From: Dehalococcoidia bacterium
Lineage (GTDB): Bacteria > Chloroflexota > Dehalococcoidia > Bin125
Direction: 5' to 3'
Assembly: GCA_965211635.1 (NCBI GenBank)
Contig: OZ242948.1
Location: 2,364,241 to 2,428,240, forward strand
DNA length: 64,000 nucleotides
Shown: positions 48,816 to 56,693 of the stretch, piece by piece
Numbering within the stretch: the first letter of the stretch is position 1
How the letters are laid out: the number at the start of each line of letters is the position of its first letter
Position numbers and translations under genes: made by a program
The notes under the pieces: model-generated
The model's database searches: none
The model's input: the letters and a program-made list of their open reading frames with translations, nothing else
What the model was told of the DNA's origin: nothing

Positions 48816-49670
48816 CTATGGCGCCGTCTCAATCTTCGTCAGTACGAACCGCCGAGGCTGCTGGTCCCAACGGATCAACCTGTGCGGCGGCTCAATCTCG
48901 TACCACGCCCGTGACACCTCCACCCCCGGCGTCGCCACGACCTGCCAGACCACCACATCGCCGTCCGGTCCCCGAAGCGTGTCCTGACCGCGAACCGCAA
49001 CCTGTACGAGTTGGCTGCGGCGCTGGATCACATTGACTGAGCGATACGTCAGCTCCAGGTCTTGTTCGAATGCCAGCGTTCGCCAGAGCCACGCCGATGA
49101 GTCGTTGTCGAATGCGAACACCCCGGCCTCCAAGACTTCGCGTTCGGTCTCGATTCGCTTGTCTTCGTCTTCCTCTTCCTTGTCGACCTGCTCAATCACG
49201 ATGTCCGCGGAGGTCTCACCGTCCGAACTCACCCGATACTCCGCCTCGCCCCGCAGCGCTTCGTCGGGCGCGTCCGCCTCGCGTTCATATCGGATCGGAG
49301 CCAGACTCTGAGCATCAACCCAGACCGTCACTGTGTCCAGCACGGGGCCGTCCTCAGTGTCCAGTCTGAACTCCAGCGATAGCCGGTAGCGGTCGTCCTC
49401 CCGCACCGTCTCCATCACCAGCGTGCCCAGCCTCGAATCGGTCTGGTCGAGCATGTCGTAGTGCAGCCGCTCAAAGTCGGGCCAGGAGATCTGGGAGACA
49501 GGATTCTCAGGATCGCCAAAGTCGCTCTCAGTGCCGCAAGCCGCGACGACTAGCGCAAACGCAATCAGCATGGCGAGCATGTAGGGGCGTCCCTTGTGGT
49601 CGCCCGCTTGCTGCAGGAACCACCGGTCTCTCCCCTGAGCGGCCGCTACGGTCCGAGCGCCAAGGCTCAC
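48816..49670 (-). CDS. Putative lipoprotein (DUF3108-like beta-rich)
   Basis: Lipobox VAAC; GTGA overlap with the ltaE stop; alternative start at ATG 49580. Confidence 0.7.
   Translation of the reverse strand: MSLGARTVAAAQGRDRWFLQQAGDHKGRPYMLAMLIAFALVVAACGTESDFGDPENPVSQISWPDFERLHYDMLDQTDSRLGTLVMETVREDDRYRLSLEFRLDTEDGPVLDTVTVWVDAQSLAPIRYEREADAPDEALRGEAEYRVSSDGETSADIVIEQVDKEEEDEDKRIETEREVLEAGVFAFDNDSSAWLWRTLAFEQDLELTYRSVNVIQRRSQLVQVAVRGQDTLRGPDGDVVVWQVVATPGVEVSRAWYEIEPPHRLIRWDQQPRRFVLTKIETAP
49581..49605 (+). repeat. Single family D GTAG REP
   Basis: GTAGGGGCGTCCCTTGTGGTCGCCC, one mismatch to the copy at 28531. Confidence 0.88.
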
Positions 49671-50740
49671 GACTGTGGGCCAATCTCGGCCTCAGCCATT
49701 CGGCGCAACGCCTCGACACAGTCAACCGTGGACACGTCGGCGTGGGTCACCAGTCGAATCTTCGTCCGGTCCGGAGTCGTCACCAACACGCCGATCTGCT
49801 TCAGCGCTGCCTGGAGCTTCGGCGACGGCGCAGGATCGCTCGACGCGTCGAGTTGGACGATCACGATATTCGTCTGAACATCTTCGGGATTGATGTTGAA
49901 GCCTAACTCGGCCAATCCGCGCGCGAGTTGACGCGCGTTGGCGTGATCATCCGTCAGCCGATCAACCATCTCGTCCAGGGCCACCAATCCCGCCGCCGCC
50001 AGGATGCCCGCCTGGCGCATGCCGCCGCCGACCAGCTTGCGCGTCCTGCGCGCCTGGTGGATGAACTCCTCTTCACCGCAGATCAACGATCCAACCGGCG
50101 CGCCAAGGCCCTTGGACAGGCAGAACGTGACGCTGTCGGCCGACGCCGCCAACTCTGCCGCGGGGTGACCCGAGGCGACCGCAGCGTTGAATATGCGCGC
50201 ACCGTCGAGATGCACGCGTAGCCCCTGCTCATGCGCGATGTCGGCGATTTCCTGGGTCCGTTCGAGCGAGACCACTGCGCCGCCGCAGAAGTTGTGCGTG
50301 TTCTCCAGCGCCAGCAGCGTCGTTCGCGGCTGGTGCATGTCGTCCGGTCGCACCGCGGCGGCGACAAGCTCGGGGTCGAATCCGCCGTCGGTCTGGTTGG
50401 GCAGCGTTGTCGCGAGCACGCCACCTAGCCGCGACACGCCGCCAGCTTCGGATCGCACGATGTGCGCCCGGTCGCCAACCAGCAGTTCATCGCCGGCCGT
50501 GGTGTGAGTCAGCAGCGAGACCAGGTTGGCCATCGTCCCGCTGGAGACGAACAGCGCCGCATCCTTGCCTAACCGCTCGGCCGCCGTCCCTTCCAGCTTC
50601 GCGATTGTCGGGTCCTCGCCGAATACATCATCGCCGACTTCGGCCTCGAACATCGCCTGGCGCATTGCCGGCGTGGGCCTGGTCACCGTGTCGGAGCGCA
50701 GGTCGATCCGCGGCAACTCGGAATCTTGGCGGTGCGTCAT
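49667..50740 (-). CDS. ltaE: Low-specificity L-threonine aldolase
   Basis: DLRSDTVT, GDDVFGEDPT, SGTMAN, ENTHN, HLDGARIFNA, CLSKGLGAPVGS. Confidence 0.95.
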   Translation of the reverse strand: MTHRQDSELPRIDLRSDTVTRPTPAMRQAMFEAEVGDDVFGEDPTIAKLEGTAAERLGKDAALFVSSGTMANLVSLLTHTTAGDELLVGDRAHIVRSEAGGVSRLGGVLATTLPNQTDGGFDPELVAAAVRPDDMHQPRTTLLALENTHNFCGGAVVSLERTQEIADIAHEQGLRVHLDGARIFNAAVASGHPAAELAASADSVTFCLSKGLGAPVGSLICGEEEFIHQARRTRKLVGGGMRQAGILAAAGLVALDEMVDRLTDDHANARQLARGLAELGFNINPEDVQTNIVIVQLDASSDPAPSPKLQAALKQIGVLVTTPDRTKIRLVTHADVSTVDCVEALRRMAEAEIGPQS

Positions 50741-51183
50741 TCGGCAGGTCCGTTCGCTCGTTCCCAGATGGTGCGGAAGCCCTCGCCGCCGGTTATCGCG
50801 GCAAGAATGACCGCCCGCTCACCATCGTGGAGTTGCTGTCTGATCGCGCCAATGTCATCCGCGTCGACGCCCAGGCTGAGCAGCCGTGCCTCGATCTTCT
50901 CCCAGATGCCCGATTCGTCGAAGGCGCTGATCGCCCGCGGCCAGGGAAACGAGAGGATTCGTTCCGGCAGAGGCATTCGCGGACGCAGCGACTTGAGGTG
51001 GCGGAAACGCTCCTCGGCCGAGTTGACTCGGTCGACCAGCCGGATGATCGGCATGTCCGGCGGATCCGTGCGGAAGTCGACCAGCAGCCGAGGCTCCAGC
51101 ACCTCAAAGCGCACGATCAGCACCGAGGCGCGATCGATTACGCGCAAAATCTCCTCAAGGTCGACGCCGTAGTCGTCGGTCAT
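50737..51183 (-). CDS. Hypothetical protein
   Basis: Host-like codon usage, ATGA overlap with ltaE; the upstream ATG (51204) lies inside a repeat, so 51183 was chosen. Confidence 0.75.
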   Translation of the reverse strand: MTDDYGVDLEEILRVIDRASVLIVRFEVLEPRLLVDFRTDPPDMPIIRLVDRVNSAEERFRHLKSLRPRMPLPERILSFPWPRAISAFDESGIWEKIEARLLSLGVDADDIGAIRQQLHDGERAVILAAITGGEGFRTIWERANGPAE

Positions 51184-51195
51184 CAACTCGCCCAG

Positions 51196-51286
51196 ATTCG
51201 TCATTCCCGCGCAGGCGGGAATCTCGCCCCATCCGGCAGGCAGTTGCCCAATCGTCGAGACTTCCGCCTGCGCGGGAATGACGAAT
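51196..51286. repeat. Family C (GTCATTCCCGCGCAGGCGGGAATC type) inverted doublet
   Basis: ATTCGTCATTCCCGCGCAGGCGGGAATCTCG ... CGAGACTTCCGCCTGCGCGGGAATGACGAAT. Confidence 0.9.
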
Positions 51287-51311
51287 GGCCGTCAGGGGGC
51301 TTACTCGGACC

Positions 51312-51596
51312 TTAGTCCGAGTCGCTCTCCGATGTCCTTGAGTCTATGGACGGTGTGGGAGAGCGTCCAATACCACCGCCACCGGGGGCCGACAGTGCGC
51401 CGATGCCGAGTAACGCCTCTCTCGCCGCGTCGTAGCGCTGCTTGGCTCGCGCTTCCCGATTGAGCAATCCCTTGAGCTGGGGCGGCCCCAGCGGCTCGCC
51501 ATCGAGGAAGACCTCATGCATGCGTGTGAGCTGCCTCTGCCAGGCCTCCCAGGCATCGCGGTATTCGGACTGGCGCTCGGGGTCGACTCGGACCAT
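51312..51596 (-). CDS. Small hypothetical helical protein
   Basis: MVRVDPERQSEYRDAWEAWQRQL...LKGLLNREARAK; co-oriented with neighbours. Confidence 0.7.
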   Translation of the reverse strand: MVRVDPERQSEYRDAWEAWQRQLTRMHEVFLDGEPLGPPQLKGLLNREARAKQRYDAAREALLGIGALSAPGGGGIGRSPTPSIDSRTSESDSD

Positions 51597-51627
51597 GGGA
51601 TTCCCGCTTTCGTTCAGAGCAGACTGC

Positions 51628-51939
51628 TCAGACCAGGTTGCGGTAGATGTTGATCTCGGCCGAGTCGAAGACCATCGCCTCGCGCACGGCACGGCGCAAG
51701 TGGGCGAACTGCTGATCCTGGGCGGCCAGTTCCTCGAACTGTTCGAGTTCCTTGAGATCCTCGAACTCGGCCACGATTTCAACGGTCGAGGCGGCCCCGG
51801 TGATCGCGTCCCAGACCGAGAACTGCGCCTCGATCCCACGCGCCGCCTGGTAGTCGAGCGCCGCCTCGACGGCGCGCAGGAACTCGCCATGCTTGCCCGG
51901 CGCCACCCTGCCGGTCAGGACTCTGCGGTACATAGCCAT
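51628..51939 (-). CDS. NIPSNAP/dimeric alpha-beta barrel-like protein
   Basis: RVAPGK...EFEDLKELE pattern, 103 aa, RBS GGGAG. Confidence 0.7.
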   Translation of the reverse strand: MAMYRRVLTGRVAPGKHGEFLRAVEAALDYQAARGIEAQFSVWDAITGAASTVEIVAEFEDLKELEQFEELAAQDQQFAHLRRAVREAMVFDSAEINIYRNLV

Positions 51940-51951
51940 CGGAGTCTCCCT

Positions 51952-52656
51952 TCAGTGATTCGACTCATTAGCGACCCTGCTTCCCCGCTTCCCCCTGGGG
52001 GGAAGCTGGCCCGTAGGGACTGAAGGGGGGACGCCGACAGCCCTATCGGTGAGCGCCCCTCGCAAGAACGACTCGGCCCGATCAAGATCCTCAGGGCGAT
52101 TCACGTTGGTGAACGACTCCAGCTCCGGATCAATACGCCGCAGTTCGGCTTCGCCAAGCAGCTTGTGCGTTACCAGCGGCAGCAGCGCCCGCACTCGACC
52201 GTCGCCTTCATCCAGCAGCCGCCTCGCGTGTGCGACAACAGAAGGTCGGTACGCGGCCAACAGCGGTTGAGCCACCCCGTCGAGATAGGGCATCGCGATC
52301 TCGACGCCGCTGCAGGCGTCGGCGACGGCGCGTAGCAGGTTGGGTCGCAGAAGCGGCATGTCGCAAGCGACGGCGACGGCTAGGTCGTGCCTGATCAGCG
52401 GCAGCGACGCTTCGAGTCCGGCCAACGGGCCGCGGTCGTGGCGGTGATCGACCGCCTCGCGCCAATCGACCCCGTCCAGAGGCGGCAACTGCTGGTCCGG
52501 TCGACGGGCGACGACGATGTCGTCGGTGACCTGGGATGCGGCGAAGGCGCTCCAGTGCAGCAGCGGACGTCCACCGGCCATCGCAGTGGCCTTGTCGCGG
52601 CCCAGGCGTCGGCCGAATCCGCCGGCGAGGATGATCACGGAACAGGCTTCACTCAT
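51952..52656 (-). CDS. mobA: Molybdenum cofactor guanylyltransferase
   Basis: ILAGGFGRRLGRDK, GPLAGL, ACDMP, QPLLAAY, FTNVNRPED. Confidence 0.92.
   Translation of the reverse strand: MSEACSVIILAGGFGRRLGRDKATAMAGGRPLLHWSAFAASQVTDDIVVARRPDQQLPPLDGVDWREAVDHRHDRGPLAGLEASLPLIRHDLAVAVACDMPLLRPNLLRAVADACSGVEIAMPYLDGVAQPLLAAYRPSVVAHARRLLDEGDGRVRALLPLVTHKLLGEAELRRIDPELESFTNVNRPEDLDRAESFLRGALTDRAVGVPPSVPTGQLPPRGKRGSRVANESNH
51987..52030 (+). repeat. Family A variant repeat inside the 3' end of mobA
   Basis: GCTTCCCCC-TG-GGGGGAAGC-TGGCCCGTAGGGACT-GAAGGGGGG. Confidence 0.8.
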
Positions 52657-52690
52657 GGCTTGAGTTTACGCTGCAAGCCGGAGACCAACC

Positions 52691-53434
52691 GTGAACCTTC
52701 CGCTACACGAGGCATTGGGCATTACCCGTCCGGCCGTCTTCGCCACGGTCGGCGGCGGCGGCAAGACGACGGTCCTCTTCGCGCTCGCCGCCGAGTGGGA
52801 AGCCGCCGGCGTCGACGGCCTGACCGTGCTCACGACCACGACGAAGATGACGATTCCCGCCGAGGGCCGGACGCTGCCCCTGGCGATCGGCCGCGACGAC
52901 GCCTTCCGCGCCGGCGCGCTCGACGACATCCGCTCGCGGGGCCGCGCCTCGGCGGTCGTCGGCTCGGGCCGCGGCGATCGCGAGCGCGTCCTGGGCGTCG
53001 ACCCGTCCTGGCCGCGCAGCGCCGTTGACGCCGGCCTGGCCAGCCTCGTCGGCGTCGAAGCCGACGGCTCGCGAGGCCGCCCCTTCAAAGCCCCCGGAGT
53101 CCACGAACCGGTCATCCCCGACGGCGTCGACATCGTCGCCGCAGTTATTGGCGCGGGAGTGCTCGGAAAGCCGCTAGACGAGCGGTCCGTGCATAGACCG
53201 GAGATCGTAGCGAAAATCGCAGGCGCGGAGATCGGGGATGAGGTCACGCCGGAGCTGGCCGCAAAGGTCTTGACGTCGCCGGACGGAGGACGCAAGGGAG
53301 TGCCCGAGACTGCAGAGTTCGTCGTGCTGGTGTCGGGCGCATCAAGAAACCCAGAGGCATCAAGGGCGCTGGCGGAGGCGGTGGATGGGCGGGTGGTGTT
53401 GTGGGACGCGGGGTCGGGGGTGTTGAATGAGTGA
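52691..53434 (+). CDS. yqeC: YqeC-like selenium-dependent molybdenum hydroxylase accessory protein
   Basis: VGGGGKTT, TTTTKM, VEADGSRGRPFKAP..HEPVIP, VHRPE. Confidence 0.88.
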   Translation: MNLPLHEALGITRPAVFATVGGGGKTTVLFALAAEWEAAGVDGLTVLTTTTKMTIPAEGRTLPLAIGRDDAFRAGALDDIRSRGRASAVVGSGRGDRERVLGVDPSWPRSAVDAGLASLVGVEADGSRGRPFKAPGVHEPVIPDGVDIVAAVIGAGVLGKPLDERSVHRPEIVAKIAGAEIGDEVTPELAAKVLTSPDGGRKGVPETAEFVVLVSGASRNPEASRALAEAVDGRVVLWDAGSGVLNE

Positions 53435-53490
53435 GCATTGTCTGTATCCAATTGGACGAGCATGAACATCGATGCTGAGATAGGCAAGCC

Positions 53491-54567
53491 TCATGAGTGT
53501 TGTTCGGACTGGTCGCCCAAAACCTCCTTCTCCTGAGGTTGCTCTATAATCTGCGAAAGCTCGCCAATCAATCCGTTGACGAATTGGGATGAGAGTAAGG
53601 CAGAGTCTTCTTGAAGCTTCCGAATCAACTGCATGGATTGATCGGTCTCCCCCAGTTGGTCTCTCGCAATCGCCTCAAGAATTACGACTACTGATCGGTT
53701 GATTCCATGTTGGGCCGCTAGTTTCAAGTGTTGAATCGCCAGTTCAGGTTGGTCTGCACGGATAAACTTCGTTGCATTCACAAAATGGTGAAATGCCCTA
53801 TATGATGTAAGGCTGGCTGCAGCACTCATGTGCCTGTCAGCCTCTTGCTGAAAGCTCTCAAAGTCTTCTTCGTTCTCTGCATTCTTCATTTTGATCGCGA
53901 GCGTGAGCATCGGCGCGGCCTCGGCGCGAAGAGCGCTGAAGTCCTCTTCTGTTTCCTTTTGTATCCTTATGAAGCCGTGAAGATCATTGAAGAGCATAGA
54001 TTGTGACAGACCGCTAGTCCTCTTGAGATAATCAAGAATGGGTCCTTTTGCACGATATGGAACCTCTATAGTGCGATCCGGTTCGATTAGTCCATCGGGA
54101 GGCTGTATGAAAACGCTTTTCTGTGCAATCACCCTGTTGGATGGAAAGGTGGGACGCCAGTGTGGATATTTGCTAATGTTGCAGAAGATCAATCTGCCAG
54201 GCTCGGTCGGGTGAGCCATGCAAGCGAAGAATAGGGCGATGCGATAGTCTTCCGAGAAGTCCAGCAAGTTAGTAGTAGCGCCAAAATGTTGTAGTTCAGA
54301 TAAAATGAGTTGGTCATCTGCTAACGTGGTGTAGCGTCTGGCAGAGTCAAGAGACATCTGTTGTAACTCATCCGCGGTCAAGAGGCCTGCCGAGATCACT
54401 GAACGGTGTATGCGGCGAATTCCTGTTTCTACACGGTCAAACAGCTTGGCCTCACCTCTAAACACATAGGATTCGGTCGCACAGAGACTCTCGATCTCGG
54501 CGAATAGGAGCCGTATGTCGTCTGGAGGATAGGAAGGATCCATTTGGGATGTGGCTTGGCGATCCAT
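53491..54567 (-). CDS. FRG domain protein with a helical (TPR-like) C-terminus
   Basis: YVFRGE, LQHFGATTNLLDFS, ALFFAC, NRVIAQKSVF; strongly AT-richer. Confidence 0.88.
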   Translation of the reverse strand: MDRQATSQMDPSYPPDDIRLLFAEIESLCATESYVFRGEAKLFDRVETGIRRIHRSVISAGLLTADELQQMSLDSARRYTTLADDQLILSELQHFGATTNLLDFSEDYRIALFFACMAHPTEPGRLIFCNISKYPHWRPTFPSNRVIAQKSVFIQPPDGLIEPDRTIEVPYRAKGPILDYLKRTSGLSQSMLFNDLHGFIRIQKETEEDFSALRAEAAPMLTLAIKMKNAENEEDFESFQQEADRHMSAAASLTSYRAFHHFVNATKFIRADQPELAIQHLKLAAQHGINRSVVVILEAIARDQLGETDQSMQLIRKLQEDSALLSSQFVNGLIGELSQIIEQPQEKEVLGDQSEQHS

Positions 54568-54733
54568 AGAGGGGCGTCCGATGTTTTGGGGTGAGGCGTA
54601 GGTATTATATAGGGTCCGAGGATGACGGGGAAAGCGGATGGATACATTTGAGAGGTCTGGTTGATTTAAGGAAGGTGTTGGCAGACATAGGTGGAGTTAG
54701 GTGACGAGGAAGTCGAGGTCGCTGGTCTCGCGG

Positions 54734-54763
54734 GAGCGGGTCCCCGCGTGAAGCGGGGACTGG
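54734..54763 (+). repeat. Family E repeat
   Basis: GAGCGG-GTCCCCGC-GTGAA-GCGGGGAC-TGG. Confidence 0.85.
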
Positions 54764-54811
54764 TGAATCCAGGACCGTTATGTGCGCTCTTCCGATGACC
54801 GCCGGTCTCCC

Positions 54812-54840
54812 TTGAGAACAGAACGAACGTTCTCTATGCT
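54812..54840 (+). promoter_or_regulatory. Sigma70 promoter with a LexA (SOS) box in the spacer
   Basis: -35 TTGAGA (54812-17), 17-bp spacer containing AGAAC-GAAC-GTTCT (54820-33), -10 TATGCT (54835-40). Confidence 0.9.
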
Positions 54841-54872
54841 GACTCTCCGACCGTTGGAGAGGCTGACCGGAT

Positions 54873-56381
54873 ATGGGCGACGCTGGGATCATCGGCTGCG
54901 TCTTGGTGACTCACCTGCGGGCCCGCGTTGAGCTGGCGCGGCGGGCGGAGCTGTGGGGTCGCGCGGGGGTGATCGTCGAGCGCTCGGGGTCTCGGCCGGT
55001 GGTGATCGACTGCCTGCCGGCGGCCGAGGCGGTCGAGCTGGGGATGACGCTGGAGCAGGCGCTGTCGCTGCAGCCCGAGGCCGTCGTGCTGGAGGCGGAC
55101 GAGCCGCACTACGCGCGCGAGTTCGAGCGGCTGCTGGCCGCGCTCGACGACGTCAGCGACCGCGTCGAGGGCGCCGAAGCCGACGGCGAACTGGGCGTCG
55201 CCTACGTCGGGCTGGACGGGCTCGAGGCGATGTACGGCGGCGAGACGCCGATGCTCGACGCGCTGCTGCACGCCGTGCCCTCGCACTTCGAGCCGCGGAT
55301 CGGGATCGGCGCGGGCAAGTTTCCCGCCCTGGCGGCGGCTCGCACGCGGGGCTCGCCGGGCGTCAGCCGGGTCGGCCGGGACGCAAGAGCTACGGCGGCC
55401 TTCCTCGCGCCGCATTCAATCAACCTGCTGCCGTCGGCGCTCGTCGCGTCCGAGCTGATCGACGACCTGCACCGGCTGGGGCTGCACACGATGGGCGAGG
55501 TCGCCGGTCAGGAGATGCACGCGCTGCTGGACCGCTTCGGGCACGAGGGCCGGCGCGCCTGGGAGCTGGCCTCGGGGATCGACGAGCGCCCGCTGCGTCC
55601 GCGCGTGGCGGAGGAGTCGATTACGGAGCGGGTGGTGCTGCCGGCAGCGTCGGCCTCGCTGGAGCTGCTGCGCGTGGCGGTCGACACGCTGCTCACGCGC
55701 GTCTTCGCGCAGCCGCGGATGCAGGGCCGCTACGCAGGCTCGGCGACGCTCGTCTGCACGCTCGAGGACGCGCCCACCGAAGCGTCGGCAGCGTCGATGT
55801 GGCAGAAGGAGTTCCACTTCAAGAGCCGCGTAGGGAACTGGCAGCGGGCGGCGGAGATCGTCAAGGGCCGGCTGGAGACCGAGCATCCGCAGGCGCCGGT
55901 CGAGGCGATGAGCGTCACGCTAGGCAACCTCAGCGGGGCATCGGGCGTGCAGCTCTCGCTCTTCCCCGACCTGCGCGCCGACCGCGAGCGGCGCCTGCTG
56001 GAGACCGAGCGCCAGCTCCAGGCCCGGCTCCAGGGCAGGCACGCGCTGCACCGCATGGTCGAGGTCGCGCCCTGGCATCCGGCCCCCGAAATGCGCACCG
56101 TGCAGGTCTCGATCGACCCCGCCGCCTCAGGCGACATGCGGCCCGTCTCGGCGCCGGCCTCGGTCGAAGTCCGCGAAGGCCCCGCGCAGGAGCCGCGGGC
56201 GGTGCGGATCGGCGCCGAGTGGCAGGAGGTGTCGAGCATCGAGGACCGCTGGAGCTTCGACCTCTGGTGGCGTCCGACGCCGATGCATCGCAGCTACTAC
56301 CGGATCAGCCAGGCGGACGGTCGGCAGGTGACGATCTATCGGGACGAGGGGGAATCGCAGTGGTATCGCCAGACGGCGTGA
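54873..56381 (+). CDS. imuB: ImuB-like, catalytically inactive Y-family polymerase
   Basis: Y-family layout (GMTLEQAL, RIGIGAGKFPA, LHRLGLHTMGEV, RFG) without the catalytic D/DE; C-terminal W...WW...YYR module; directly upstream of dnaE2. Confidence 0.85.
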   Translation: MGDAGIIGCVLVTHLRARVELARRAELWGRAGVIVERSGSRPVVIDCLPAAEAVELGMTLEQALSLQPEAVVLEADEPHYAREFERLLAALDDVSDRVEGAEADGELGVAYVGLDGLEAMYGGETPMLDALLHAVPSHFEPRIGIGAGKFPALAAARTRGSPGVSRVGRDARATAAFLAPHSINLLPSALVASELIDDLHRLGLHTMGEVAGQEMHALLDRFGHEGRRAWELASGIDERPLRPRVAEESITERVVLPAASASLELLRVAVDTLLTRVFAQPRMQGRYAGSATLVCTLEDAPTEASAASMWQKEFHFKSRVGNWQRAAEIVKGRLETEHPQAPVEAMSVTLGNLSGASGVQLSLFPDLRADRERRLLETERQLQARLQGRHALHRMVEVAPWHPAPEMRTVQVSIDPAASGDMRPVSAPASVEVREGPAQEPRAVRIGAEWQEVSSIEDRWSFDLWWRPTPMHRSYYRISQADGRQVTIYRDEGESQWYRQTA

Positions 56382-56417
56382 TGGGAACGTCCCAAAGCCT
56401 GTGGCGGCGGCCACTCA

Positions 56418-56560
56418 TCTCTCCCCCCGCTCCGCGGGGGGAGATGTCGCGGAGCGACAGAGGGGGGCTCTCCGCGCTGGGAGATGCGCCCGGGTTCGCT
56501 GTCGGCTCGGAGCCTCCCTCTGCCTTCGGCATCTCCCCCCGCGGAGCGGGGGGAGAGGGG
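56418..56560. repeat. Inverted doublet of family A repeats
   Basis: 56418-56470 (+, second hairpin TGTCGCGGAGCGACA) and 56511-56560 (-, TGCCGAAGGCA). Confidence 0.92.
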
Positions 56561-56589
56561 AACGGAGGATTACGCGCACGCCGTGCCGC

Positions 56590-56683
56590 CCGAGCGGGTC
56601 CCTGCATGAAGCAGGGACTGGGAGGGCGGTTGATGCAGCGATGGGGCGTCCGAGCGGGTCCCTGTGTGAAGCGGGGACTGGGA
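56590..56683 (+). repeat. Two tandem family E repeats (60-bp period)
   Basis: CCGAGCGGGTCCCTGCATGAAGCAGGGACTGGGA and CCGAGCGGGTCCCTGTGTGAAGCGGGGACTGGGA. Confidence 0.9.
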
Positions 56684-56693
56684 CACCGTTGAC

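Noticed and set aside
52691-53434. Selenocysteine (TGA) read-through in genes near yqeC
   Set aside because: No gene appears truncated at an in-frame TGA aligned to a Cys position, and no SECIS-like element was recognised.
56590-56683. Possible mini CRISPR array (34-bp repeat, 26-bp spacer)
   Set aside because: Only two imperfect units, the same motif occurs singly elsewhere in the window, and there are no cas genes.
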